This document shows, piece by piece, positions 1-9,803 of a stretch of DNA of 64,000 bases. Made by a program: the position numbers and the translations under genes. The stretch comes from a virus. The stretch lies in the IMG/VR virus record IMGVR_UViG_3300028908_000006, positions 1 to 64,000 of that record, one strand, 5' to 3'. The notes below the pieces were generated by a model. It was not told the origin of the DNA. It made no database searches and saw only the letters and a list, made by a program, of their open reading frames with translations. The number at the start of each line of letters is the position of its first letter. Position 1 is the stretch's first letter.

Positions 1-170
1 AACAAATCATATTTTACATTTAAAATTTTAAATTCTCTATTTATTTCTTCTATATCTTTTTTAAAAGATTTTATCTCATTCTTCAAAGATATTATCTCTT
101 CCTTAAGAAGGGATATTTCTCTTTCAATAACTTTTCTAAAATCAGCAATGTCAACCTTCCTTCTCTTCAT
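1..170 (-). CDS. partial coiled-coil protein running off the window edge
   Basis: ATG at 170, MKRRKVDIADFRKVIEREISLLKEEIISLKNEIK..., open to position 1. Confidence 0.55.
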   Translation of the reverse strand, partial: MKRRKVDIADFRKVIEREISLLKEEIISLKNEIKSFKKDIEEINREFKILNVKYDL

Positions 171-727
171 CACCGTCCCCCGCTAATCCTAAACTTACTA
201 GCTACACTATTAGCAACTTCAAATATTTCGTATTCATCATCAAAGAGTCTTCGTAACGTAACCCTCTTAGCATCAGAAACACCCCTATCGAAAGAAACAT
301 TGATAAATATCCCACTTTTTGGGAATGAATCATCGATTGGTATTCGGACCATTCCAATAGCTGGTGATAGGCTGTTAACGACAACTTTACAACGTGTGCA
401 AACTAGATAACTAGATAATGGAAACAGGATTTCACCACAGCATGGGCACTTTGGGATATGTTTATTTTGCAATACAATATTTTCAGTTACCGTAATTTTA
501 TCTTTTCCTAATAAGCTACAAATCAAAGATTCATCCAACCCTTCTTTATATGGTATAACAATAAGATTGTGTACTAGTATCTTGTCACCAAATGCTGAAA
601 TGTCACGATCATTCATTTGAGACATACTTGCGTTTACCAAAATAACAGGATACTCCTCTGGTAGATGCACCAACTTCATATCCTCATAAAATACAACAAT
701 GGCTACTGAGAAATCTTTATTCTTCAT
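170..727 (-). CDS. hypothetical protein with Zn-ribbon
   Basis: 185 aa; CPCC...CTRC; overlaps neighbours. Confidence 0.6.
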   Translation of the reverse strand: MKNKDFSVAIVVFYEDMKLVHLPEEYPVILVNASMSQMNDRDISAFGDKILVHNLIVIPYKEGLDESLICSLLGKDKITVTENIVLQNKHIPKCPCCGEILFPLSSYLVCTRCKVVVNSLSPAIGMVRIPIDDSFPKSGIFINVSFDRGVSDAKRVTLRRLFDDEYEIFEVANSVASKFRISGGR

Positions 728-1115
728 CTTCTTCCTCCGTTTCCAGGTTCCACAAAAAATCTACAAACACTTTTTCTACTTCATTTGGAGACAGTTCTAC
801 AAAAATATCACACAAATTGTCATATTTTACAGACTGTATAATACCTATTTGACGTAGAAAATCAACAAATGTAAAAATGGTTAAAGGGTATTTGTTCAGG
901 ATTGTATCATTTATTACATCGGAGATGAATTTAAACACTTCTTCTCTAAGTTCGTGATACCACAAAATATCATTCACAAGACCATTCCGGAGCCGCTCTG
1001 TTATTTTGTCAAAATCGTATTTTAAAAATGGATGATCCGCACAGGCTTCAGTCTTATACTTTTCTTCCATCCTGGAAACCATCATATTCCAGAGTTTCAA
1101 AATTATGTGTTCCAT
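717..1115 (-). CDS. hypothetical protein
   Basis: 132 aa; AGGAG RBS. Confidence 0.6.
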   Translation of the reverse strand: MEHIILKLWNMMVSRMEEKYKTEACADHPFLKYDFDKITERLRNGLVNDILWYHELREEVFKFISDVINDTILNKYPLTIFTFVDFLRQIGIIQSVKYDNLCDIFVELSPNEVEKVFVDFLWNLETEEEDEE

Positions 1116-1137
1116 CTTTCTCCTACCAAGACCAGGT

Positions 1138-1260
1138 TATGTCTGATTTTATGTATATCTGCTTTATGCCGTTTTTTATGCCTACATAAGATTTTATGTT
1201 ATGCCAATTTTTATGCCTATGCCAGTTATGTCTGTTTTTATGCCTGTATAAAATTTTATG
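1138..1260. repeat. intergenic TATG half-site array, mostly TTATG(C/T)C (array A)
   Basis: TATG at 1138,1150,1165,1177,1195,1200,1212,1218,1227,1239,1257; four pairs spaced 12 bp. Confidence 0.8.
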
Positions 1261-1261
1261 C

Positions 1262-3730
1262 TCATTCACAACTCCCGGTGGTGGAGCCACACTCATCGCA
1301 GTAGAAACAGGAACCGCGACGTCTCATCACGGCTCCGCACTTAGTACATAGAATACCATGAGATTCGTCTTCTTCAACTTCTTTTTCTTCCCTGGTAAGG
1401 AATTTCTTTTCAAGGTAGCGAGCAAGATAGTCCAGAATAGAAGAAGCAGAAGGGATCTCTGGATCTCCTGTAAACCCAGATGGATCAAAGCGCATTCCAC
1501 GAAACTTCCTTATGATGGTCTCTAGTGGGACTCCATGTTGGAGCGCTATCGAGAAGAGAACACAAAGCCCATCAAGAAGCCCGGAAAGAGTAGATCCTTC
1601 TTTGGCCACTTGAATAAACACTTCTCCAAGATCACCAGATGGATAGGTGCCGGTGATGACATAGAAGGAAGTGTCTGCTAGACGGGCTTTGTGTATCGTG
1701 GCATTTCTTTCTTTTGGGAGCGGAATACGTTTAGCTGGTTTGGGAGAGATAAGTCTTTTCTGGTTACCAGCATAAAGGGCCTGCACGGCCTTACTTCCAT
1801 CTCGATAGACCGTTACCCCCTTAAGTCCCAGTTTCCAGGCAAGAAGGTAAACATTTTCAATATCTTTCGGTGTTGCTGAGTTTGGTAAGTTTACCGTCTT
1901 TGAGATAGCCCCGGAGAGCCATTTCTGGGCGGCGGCTGAAACTCGCAAGTGTTCTTCAGCAGAGATAACATATTCAGGATTTGATGAGACTGCTACCTTA
2001 AATAATGCTTTAAGAGAAGAAGGAAGCCACTTTGGCGGCTCTCCAGTCTCAGAGAATATCTGGATGGCTTCTCGTGCCGTCCTACCATCAAAATGCTTTA
2101 TAAGCACCATTTCAAAAGCAGGTGTTGGGATAGTAATAGTCTCTCCATCCATGAGTCGCTTCTGGATCGTGTGGGCATAGAACGGTTCAATTCCAAAAGA
2201 TTCAGCTCCCATAATGAAAGAGATGGTTCCTGTGGGTGCCTGGAGAGTTACCTGCTCATTGGCAAACGGTTTCTCCGGATCTATACTATCCCAAACAGAT
2301 AATACCTGCTGGTCAAAGAGATCGTTTGAATCTGAAAAAGTCTCCTTTGCCTGGCCCTTCCAATAAAGGATAAGTTCTTTGTGATCTGGATTGTATCTTT
2401 CATAAGGTTGGAATTCTTCAGCAAGAGCGGCTGAATGTTTGAAAGCAAGACCATGCAGAAGAGCATAAAAACGTTCCACCTGTCGTAGCATCTCAGGAGA
2501 TCCATGAGCTAGTCCAAGATCAAGACAGGCCTTTACGACATTCGTAAACCCGATCCCAATCGCTGCGTATTTCTTCGTCTCCTTTGAGATTCTCTTATCA
2601 GGATAATAGGCATTGTAACAGATAGCTGTCATTGCATAGACGAGCGTCTTTACAACCTTATCAAATGTCTTAAAGTCAAAGTTATTGTTATCATCGTAAA
2701 ACTTTGCTATGTTAATAGAAGCTAAATTACACGAACTAAAGTTATGTCCACAGAATTCTGAGCATGGGTTAGTCGCATTTATTGTATTACTTTTGTCGCA
2801 GTTAAATCTATTAATTGTATCAATAAATACTAATCCTGGATCACCTGTTTTATGAGCCGCCTCTACAGCTCTCATCATTATATCTCTTGCTCGTACTACC
2901 TTGGTAATGTCTTTGTATTTAGAGCCCTGTAAGACCCACTCCTTATCATTTATTACAGCATTCATGAAATCGTCTGAAGCACCAATGGAAATGTTTACTG
3001 ACTGAAAGGCCACTTCTCCAAACGGATCCTTTATAACTTCGTTCTCAAGAAGGACTCTGGCCTTGTTCTCTTCATGGACTTTGCAGGAGATGAAGTCGAA
3101 GATGTCTAGATGGTCTGCATTCAAGATAACAAGCTTTGCGGCCCTTCTAAGCCTCCCACCTGATAAGACTACCTCTGCTCCCGTGGCAGAGAGTTTAAGG
3201 AATGAAACAGGCCCTGAAGCAGATCCACCTGAAGAGAGCGGTTCAAGTTTTGAACGCAAGGGAGAAGTGTTGTAGCCTGATCCTGCTCCAAGTTTGAATA
3301 TGCGGGACTCCAGAGAAAGGATGTCGTAGATGGAGTCAAGGGTGTCTTCTATGGCAAGGACATAGCAGGCAGAGCAGAGTTGCGGGCCAGGAAGTCCCAG
3401 GTTGAAATAGACAGGCGAGTTGAAGGCAAAATACCCATTTAACTGGAAATACATAAGAGCATCGTAGAAGGTTTTTACCTGCTCATCGTTCCACTTATAG
3501 AGCTTTTTGGCCCAGGAAGAGAGTGCACGGGAGACACGATCAAACATCTCAACTACTGATGTCTCTGTCTTCTTAGCGGAGTTACAGAGATAACGGGATG
3601 CTACTATCTTTGCCTGGGTTTCATTCCACCACGATGGAACTTCTATCTCCCTGGTTACAAGATTTCCATTGTTGTCGTAGAATGACACGCTTCTCTTTAC
3701 CAGATGAACTCCATAAAGAGAATCCGGCAT
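1262..3730 (-). CDS. nrdJ: class II (B12-dependent) ribonucleotide reductase with C-terminal TSCPD/Zn domain
   Basis: FNSP, CSAC, GGRLRRAAK, GDPG, TNPCSEF, APTGTIS, ISKTVNLP, KGVTVYRDGS; terminal CxxC...CxxC. Confidence 0.95.
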   Translation of the reverse strand: MPDSLYGVHLVKRSVSFYDNNGNLVTREIEVPSWWNETQAKIVASRYLCNSAKKTETSVVEMFDRVSRALSSWAKKLYKWNDEQVKTFYDALMYFQLNGYFAFNSPVYFNLGLPGPQLCSACYVLAIEDTLDSIYDILSLESRIFKLGAGSGYNTSPLRSKLEPLSSGGSASGPVSFLKLSATGAEVVLSGGRLRRAAKLVILNADHLDIFDFISCKVHEENKARVLLENEVIKDPFGEVAFQSVNISIGASDDFMNAVINDKEWVLQGSKYKDITKVVRARDIMMRAVEAAHKTGDPGLVFIDTINRFNCDKSNTINATNPCSEFCGHNFSSCNLASINIAKFYDDNNNFDFKTFDKVVKTLVYAMTAICYNAYYPDKRISKETKKYAAIGIGFTNVVKACLDLGLAHGSPEMLRQVERFYALLHGLAFKHSAALAEEFQPYERYNPDHKELILYWKGQAKETFSDSNDLFDQQVLSVWDSIDPEKPFANEQVTLQAPTGTISFIMGAESFGIEPFYAHTIQKRLMDGETITIPTPAFEMVLIKHFDGRTAREAIQIFSETGEPPKWLPSSLKALFKVAVSSNPEYVISAEEHLRVSAAAQKWLSGAISKTVNLPNSATPKDIENVYLLAWKLGLKGVTVYRDGSKAVQALYAGNQKRLISPKPAKRIPLPKERNATIHKARLADTSFYVITGTYPSGDLGEVFIQVAKEGSTLSGLLDGLCVLFSIALQHGVPLETIIRKFRGMRFDPSGFTGDPEIPSASSILDYLARYLEKKFLTREEKEVEEDESHGILCTKCGAVMRRRGSCFYCDECGSTTGSCE

Positions 3731-3741
3731 GGGCGTTCTCC

Positions 3742-4026
3742 TTATTCTGATTTTTTCTCAATAGCTTTTTCAATAGCTGATTTGAGAACTTTTAGGGTCT
3801 CAAGGGATAGTTTATCAAGATAGAAAGAAATGTTCGCTTCTTCGATAAGAAGATCAACTGCAGAAGGCTCCAGTTCAATAGTCACTCTAGGAATCAAGTC
3901 ATCGGAATCCACCTCAATTGCAAGCCGTCTAACACACGGCATTGAATACCCATCTACATCAAATTCCACATCAGGATACTTACCAGAAAACACTCTTTTA
4001 AAACGGATAGTTGGAAATTTAGACAT
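3742..4026 (-). CDS. hypothetical protein
   Basis: 94 aa; GGAGG RBS. Confidence 0.65.
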   Translation of the reverse strand: MSKFPTIRFKRVFSGKYPDVEFDVDGYSMPCVRRLAIEVDSDDLIPRVTIELEPSAVDLLIEEANISFYLDKLSLETLKVLKSAIEKAIEKKSE

Positions 4027-4037
4027 AGCAACCCTCC

Positions 4038-5105
4038 TTATTGTGCTGTGCTATATTGATGAAAGTTGTATTTTTGGGCGTATTCCTCTGCCTTGGTGAT
4101 GAGCCAATCAGGAATGCCAAGGGCAGGGCCGTATTCCTTAAGTATCCTTAGCTCCTTCTCATAGTCTGTATCTATGCGGAAGCGGATCATTTTATCCACT
4201 ATCTCCTTTGGAAGAACTACCGTAGGATGTTCAGCGGCAGAAGGATGCCTAAACTTGTTCTTGTCTCCTACCTGATACTTTCCCCAAACAGCAAGGAAGT
4301 AGGAAAGGCCTGATAGCGGGTGAATTCCTTTCCCGCCCTTATCCAGGTAAAGAACTGTCTTTGATGGTTTGTCTCCTTTAAGCATTCTTGTTTTGTCTGC
4401 CACGGCAAAGAGGAAAAACCCTGGGAGATCAGGGTTTGTTACTTCAGACTCCCTTGTAGCTTGCAAGGCCAACCCACATGTTCGCAGGAATGTTATTCCC
4501 GTCCCACCTGATTTCTTAGGAGTGGAACTCATAGAGTTAGGGTCAAGGTAGAGATGATTGGCTGCAAGAATGAATGAAGATTCAGTCCTGTCTAGATAAG
4601 GCCCTATCTTTCGTAGGTAGTCTTTCACTCCCTTTGCTACCCTTCCCATATCAGCTGAAGTGGAAGTAAGAGACTTCTCATCCTTTACATAGGCCCCAAT
4701 GGAGTCAATGGCTATCATGATGTTAGGCGGCGCATCTGATTCAAATATCTTAAGGGAGTGCTCCATCAGCTGATCTACTGTGGCACACTCATAGGGCGGG
4801 ACATAGATGAATCTCTCAGGGGCTATTCCAAGGGAAAGAAGGTGGGGTTCTTCAAGGGCCCCTTCTCTGTCAAACCAGAGGATAAGATTTTCTGGATTGA
4901 GGTCTAGAAAGACACGGGCGGTGCGTAACATGATGTACGTCTTACCAGTAAGTGACCAACCGTAGAGTTCAGATATTCGGCGGACAGGAAAGCCGCCGCC
5001 AAGGATGAGATCAAGAGAAAGGATACCAGTTGATACCCTGGGGAGTTTCTCTACTTTGGTGGATAGTTTCAGAAGTTTCTTTATTTCCTCAGCTGTCTTC
5101 GCCAT
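4038..5105 (-). CDS. recA: RecA/UvsX-like recombinase
   Basis: STGILSLDLILGGGFP, ELYGWSLTGKT (Walker A), FDREGA, IAIDSI, SGG. Confidence 0.9.
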   Translation of the reverse strand: MAKTAEEIKKLLKLSTKVEKLPRVSTGILSLDLILGGGFPVRRISELYGWSLTGKTYIMLRTARVFLDLNPENLILWFDREGALEEPHLLSLGIAPERFIYVPPYECATVDQLMEHSLKIFESDAPPNIMIAIDSIGAYVKDEKSLTSTSADMGRVAKGVKDYLRKIGPYLDRTESSFILAANHLYLDPNSMSSTPKKSGGTGITFLRTCGLALQATRESEVTNPDLPGFFLFAVADKTRMLKGDKPSKTVLYLDKGGKGIHPLSGLSYFLAVWGKYQVGDKNKFRHPSAAEHPTVVLPKEIVDKMIRFRIDTDYEKELRILKEYGPALGIPDWLITKAEEYAQKYNFHQYSTAQ

Positions 5106-5697
5106 ACTTTATCTCCTGAGCTATGTTTTCAATATCAAACCCATACCTGTCTATCAGGTGGGCTATCTTCTGGAATCCAAGATGTGGGAAGGCTTTTTCT
5201 GTTCTGTGGAAGAAGTAGGGATAGAAATAACCTGAGAAAGAAGGAGAGTTGATATAGTAAAGAGTCCCTTCCTGGCTATGGAATTCCTTGATGGATCCTT
5301 TCAAGATAGCAGGGATGATTGTTTGGTAGTTTGCTATGATTGGCTTGTTTATGTATACCTGGTAAGTCTCTCGTATGATGGCCCGGATTGGCTCTTCGAC
5401 ATCTATGATGGAGAAAGAAATAGATTTTCCTGTATTGCCAGAGGCAACAATGGCTGTCATGATGGCCCGTGCTATGGTTGTTGAGACAAGACACACCTTC
5501 TTGTCTATGACACATACATACCGTGTCGTTATCATGGAATTGAAAGATTCAGGAGACACTAGAATGTTGTAGCATACAGGGCACGAAGCCAAATGCCTCA
5601 TAGATGGTGTATTTGTATGTCTCCATAGACACGGTATGAGATGTGTCTCACTCCAGAAGGATTTGATAAGGCTTGAAAGATTACCCTGGTCAAGCAT
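5089..5697 (-). CDS. hypothetical protein (Cys/His-rich N-terminus)
   Basis: 202 aa; start abuts the csx3 stop; HLASCPVC. Confidence 0.65.
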   Translation of the reverse strand: MLDQGNLSSLIKSFWSETHLIPCLWRHTNTPSMRHLASCPVCYNILVSPESFNSMITTRYVCVIDKKVCLVSTTIARAIMTAIVASGNTGKSISFSIIDVEEPIRAIIRETYQVYINKPIIANYQTIIPAILKGSIKEFHSQEGTLYYINSPSFSGYFYPYFFHRTEKAFPHLGFQKIAHLIDRYGFDIENIAQEIKYGEDS

Positions 5698-5988
5698 TTA
5701 CCGAATCTCCACTACATCTCCTGGGTTTACTCCACGGATGTGAGACTCAACTACAACCGCTCCATCAAGTCTCGGATCATATACTCCTACCCAAGCACAA
5801 GGATGGTAGTGGTGAATTAGGTAGCCATATAGCCAGATAGGACCACGGCCAGAAAGAACCACGCCCTTAGTGGTCCCAACAGAAGGCGGAGAGATCTTCT
5901 TTAGATCCTGCGGGATGATAGGTTCTTCAGGAAGGGCAAACTCTACAAGAGTGAATCCGTTCTTATCGGTGGTTTTGAACTTTATCAT
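5698..5988 (-). CDS. csx3: Csx3/Crn3-family CRISPR ring nuclease (cA4 degradation)
   Basis: Likely start 5988 (AAGGAG RBS); FTLVEF, KGVVLSGRGPIWLY, HHYH, VYDPRL, AVVVESH, GDVV match the Csx3 signature. Confidence 0.9.
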   Translation of the reverse strand: MIKFKTTDKNGFTLVEFALPEEPIIPQDLKKISPPSVGTTKGVVLSGRGPIWLYGYLIHHYHPCAWVGVYDPRLDGAVVVESHIRGVNPGDVVEIR

Positions 5989-6023
5989 GGAAGCTTCTCC
6001 TTTTTTGATGGGCTTGCTCCTTC

Positions 6024-6052
6024 TCTTTACCACGAAGAAAGGGAGATGTCAA
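6024..6052 (-). promoter_or_regulatory. sigma70-like promoter for the csx3-recA-nrdJ operon
   Basis: TTGACA-17 bp-TAAAGA with TG extension. Confidence 0.65.
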
Positions 6053-6431
6053 CTGGACAGGTGAATGGAAAGGTTGGCTCAAAAATAAAGTTTTTCTATT
6101 TGTTGGAAAAGTTTGTTGATTCCATTTTTCTTCTTTCCTTTCTTTATCAGGTAAAAAGAATGAAATTTTGGGGATCGTGTCTGTGCCCTGTCTGAAGCAT
6201 CAATGAGACCCAAAACCAGGCCAGAAGAGATGGTATTTAAGTGTCTAATTTGGAATCGTTTTAAGTCTTATTGAAGATGAATTGCAATAGTGAAGGAAAG
6301 GAAAAGGCAAGAAGGCAGGAAATGGTCACAGAAATAGCGTGTTTTGTGGGCTGATCCCTATCTTTGGGCAGACTGGTAGCGTTTAAGGTAAGGAAGTTAT
6401 TTAGAACTTTTTTAGACTGGCTTAAGTTTTA

Positions 6432-9400
6432 CTAGCCTGACATATTTAGTAGTGCGTAAGCTCTTGGAACTATTACAAGTCCAAGGTATTTCCTTACCTT
6501 GCTTGGTGAATCTGTATCGAAAGCAATGACATCGGTTCCAAGTGGTTTGTATCCCAGAGCTACCAGTATATCTTTTACGATGTTGATTAGCTTTGAGCGT
6601 TCCATTCTAATGATAGCTTCCTTGCTTCCGAGTCTCTTAACGAGCTCCCGCTCTATCTTCTTGAGTTCCTCTTTGTTTCTAATGAACTTTATTCCTGTAA
6701 TGACAGGCTTCATTTCTTTGGTAGTGGGAGTGACGAGCCAGAACTTGTAGTAGGTTCTTCTTTCACCACCTACATACCGCCTGAATGATTCATATTTGAT
6801 TCCAAGCCTTTCCAGGTCTTCCTTGTGAACTTGTAAGAACTTCCCAATAGCCACCCGAGACATCTCTTTTCCGTGTGCTTCAAATAATTGCTCGAGTTTC
6901 TTGGATGACACAAGCACGAAATCACGTTCATCTTTCATGTTCTTGTTTATTATTTTTTCGAGTACTTCATAAGCCTCTGGATCTGAGAACGCTCTAAGAT
7001 CTTCATCTATTTCGAAGCCATCATCCGCTTCATCACACCCTGCTATGATCTCTTTGGCTGTATCCAGGGAGATGTATCTCGTGAGAGAAGTTTCTCCGTT
7101 CTTTTCAACCACCCGCTCAGCTATTAACTGAATCATCTTACATACCACCTTGAACACGGCCATCCTGTCATCCGGATCAACCTTTATCTCAGCCACCTTC
7201 CGACACAACCAGTCCTTATCTGGATCACTTGATCCAACGATCTCTTCTGTCACTTCTATCTCATAATCCGGATTACAATACATCTTTGTTCTTAGCTTGG
7301 CCTTATACTTGACCACGGGATTGTTCAGGGCAACGCTTGCAAGCTCCATGATAGCCCCAACTATCTCGCCGGCCATCTTGCTGGCAATGTAGGCCGGAGA
7401 GATAGAGCCTGCTTCAGCCTTCTTGAGCGTGATATGGACCAGCCTGTTGTTGAAATCCTGAGAATCTTTCCTCCAGACTCCGTAATGGGAAAGAATGATA
7501 GTAGTTCTGTCTGGATCAATTGTAATCTCTTCCACTTCTGAGTTGGTGTAGAGCCTTCTCATGATAACTGTCCCACCAAGAGATTGAGTATTAAGCAGGT
7601 TTATGGTATTCCTTCTTATCTTGTCAACTTCATCCATAATCAGCCCGTTGCTGTTGTGGACGATGGCAAGAAAGTCTCTCTTCTTGCATGAACCACCAAC
7701 GTGAGTGGGGAATCCAAATAGAGTGGTAAACACCCGTCCCATATCTGATTTACCCACACCAGTTGCTCCCTGATAGACGAAGATAGGCTTCTCTACCGAA
7801 GGAAGCCCTGTCATGACCAGGCAACCAGCATGAGCCACCCTTCCCTTTGGAGAGTAGCACCTTGTATTCTCGACAAGAAGCGCAAATCCGTTTCCATCTG
7901 AAACCGGCATGGGAATTCTTCTTCTTTCTTCCTTGTAGAGAAAGTATATGTTGTCCGGAAAGCTCTTCTCGACTCCATCAGGAGTCACCTTGACCACACC
8001 ATCTCTTGTGTAGTAGTAGATGTGGTCCGCTATCTCGAGTTTGTCTGTCTTGCAGATGAAGACATCAGCACTCTCTTCAGCCGCATCTTCAAGAAGGTAT
8101 TCCACATAGACGAGAGAGTTTGGGTTTGGATTGAGATCTATCCCGGACTCAACGATAGCCTTAACCATCATCCCACGAGCTTTCCTGGTATCGAGCTTGA
8201 CTGCTTCGTGAGTATCTTTATCCAGCAAAAAGATCTCTCCAAAAGCCTTAACCACCCGATACTTCTTAATAACAGCTTCAAATAGTTCCTTTACCAGTAT
8301 CTTTCCTTTCTTGCTCCGCTTCTCTTTAACATCCCTGGTGAACTCAACTATGTCAGCTCCTTCTACTTCTTCAAAGGAGACCTTCATCCCTTCCTTGAAA
8401 TGGGAGTCAGGATCAGCACCATCAGGAAGCCTTGCAATCCTTACTTCTATCCCGGCATCAACCAGCTTCTCAGCAGAAGCAATACTTCCATCCCGGCCAG
8501 CCTTGTCTCCATCGAACATGAGAAGGGCTTTCTTTATTCCTTCTCTCTTCAGCAACTCCACTTCTTCTTTGGTAAGCCTTGAAGTGCAGGTAGCAACAAC
8601 ATTCCGATGCCCAATCTCCCGCAACCGCAACATATCAAACGGGCCCTCTACTACGATAAGGAATCCAGCCTTTCTGGCTTCCTCAAGCCCACCATCGTAG
8701 AAACCAAGAAGGAGTTCTTTCTTCCTAAAGAATCTATTGTTTGAGAGACAGACATACTTCTTGTCTCCATCTCCTTCTGGCTTCCGATAACCTATGACTC
8801 CAACTATATTCCCATTCTTGTCATAGAAGGGAAAGATGAGCCGGTCACAGAGACTCTGGTGGGGATAAAGATAAGTCTTGACATCTGTCTCTTTCTTTGT
8901 TACTATCTTGAGAGATATGAGATCAGCTAGGAGCTTTTCTCCGTATCTCTCAATTAGTTTGTTTATTATTTCTTTTATTCTGGTGGCTGGGATGTAGAAA
9001 GTCCCAGCCACTTCTTTTTTGATCCCACGGGAAGCCAAAACTCCCACCTTCTTCTCTTCATCGTTTCCTTTTTCAATAATGCCGCTCATAAGCCTTGCAT
9101 ACTTGTCGTAATTGAGAATCTGCATAGATTTTTCCTCCTTTCTTACTTCTTTCCTGTTTCCTTTCCTGGTCTCTATCCTGGTGTAATCTCCAGCGATCTC
9201 CCTGAGGACTTTCAGGGCCTCCTTGTAGTCACAGGCCCGGAAGTGTTTGATGAACTCAATGGCATCAGCTGCCTTCCCACAACCGAAACAATAAGCCGTA
9301 TGATCTCCTTCCTTCCAGGCAAGGGAAGGCTCGTGGTCGTCATGCATGAAACACACCATCTTATACCACTCGCCTTCCTTCCTGTATTCGACACCAAGAA

Positions 9401-9455
9401 AATCGGCAACTTCAGTAAGTCTTACCTTTTCTTTGATTTCTTTTACGGTTTCCAT
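6432..9455 (-). CDS. DnaG-type primase (CHC2 Zn finger + TOPRIM) fused to a P-loop ATPase/helicase-like region
   Basis: CFMHDDHEPS...YCFGCG; IVVEGPFD; FDGDKAG; DPD; then GATGVGKS, LIMDE, RRLYTN. Confidence 0.85.
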   Translation of the reverse strand: METVKEIKEKVRLTEVADFLGVEYRKEGEWYKMVCFMHDDHEPSLAWKEGDHTAYCFGCGKAADAIEFIKHFRACDYKEALKVLREIAGDYTRIETRKGNRKEVRKEEKSMQILNYDKYARLMSGIIEKGNDEEKKVGVLASRGIKKEVAGTFYIPATRIKEIINKLIERYGEKLLADLISLKIVTKKETDVKTYLYPHQSLCDRLIFPFYDKNGNIVGVIGYRKPEGDGDKKYVCLSNNRFFRKKELLLGFYDGGLEEARKAGFLIVVEGPFDMLRLREIGHRNVVATCTSRLTKEEVELLKREGIKKALLMFDGDKAGRDGSIASAEKLVDAGIEVRIARLPDGADPDSHFKEGMKVSFEEVEGADIVEFTRDVKEKRSKKGKILVKELFEAVIKKYRVVKAFGEIFLLDKDTHEAVKLDTRKARGMMVKAIVESGIDLNPNPNSLVYVEYLLEDAAEESADVFICKTDKLEIADHIYYYTRDGVVKVTPDGVEKSFPDNIYFLYKEERRRIPMPVSDGNGFALLVENTRCYSPKGRVAHAGCLVMTGLPSVEKPIFVYQGATGVGKSDMGRVFTTLFGFPTHVGGSCKKRDFLAIVHNSNGLIMDEVDKIRRNTINLLNTQSLGGTVIMRRLYTNSEVEEITIDPDRTTIILSHYGVWRKDSQDFNNRLVHITLKKAEAGSISPAYIASKMAGEIVGAIMELASVALNNPVVKYKAKLRTKMYCNPDYEIEVTEEIVGSSDPDKDWLCRKVAEIKVDPDDRMAVFKVVCKMIQLIAERVVEKNGETSLTRYISLDTAKEIIAGCDEADDGFEIDEDLRAFSDPEAYEVLEKIINKNMKDERDFVLVSSKKLEQLFEAHGKEMSRVAIGKFLQVHKEDLERLGIKYESFRRYVGGERRTYYKFWLVTPTTKEMKPVITGIKFIRNKEELKKIERELVKRLGSKEAIIRMERSKLINIVKDILVALGYKPLGTDVIAFDTDSPSKVRKYLGLVIVPRAYALLNMSG

Positions 9456-9472
9456 ACGACGGCTCCCTCCTC

Positions 9473-9784
9473 TTACTTGGTTTCTTTCTTTTCTTCCCTG
9501 GCTACCAGTATAGCCAGAAGACAGTAATTTGCCAGATCTAACAGAGTATCCTCAAGTGTTTCTTCTTTCACTTGAGCCTCACCTTTCTTTACCAGATTAC
9601 AGGCCCGACTGAACTTATCAGATATTCTTACCATGATCCCTTGAAGTGGTGTGAGACTAAGTAACTTAGCCTGCTTGAAGTTTCCCAGGTAATCGTCTCC
9701 GGCATAGTCTGCATTCTTGGCATCGTGTATCCTTCCTATCTTTTGAAGAAGACGGTCAAACTCTTCCTTCTTGCTGTAAGGCAT
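9473..9784 (-). CDS. nucleotide-modification-associated domain 1 (DUF1599/MazG-like) protein
   Basis: KNADYA, RISDKFSR, ETLEDTLLDLANY; start 9784 with GGAGG. Confidence 0.75.
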   Translation of the reverse strand: MPYSKKEEFDRLLQKIGRIHDAKNADYAGDDYLGNFKQAKLLSLTPLQGIMVRISDKFSRACNLVKKGEAQVKEETLEDTLLDLANYCLLAILVAREEKKETK

Positions 9785-9803
9785 CTCCCAACCCTCCATC
9801 TTC

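Noticed and set aside
1032-1304. 90-aa + strand ORF with FYA repeats
   Set aside because: Translation artefact of array A, overlapping real genes
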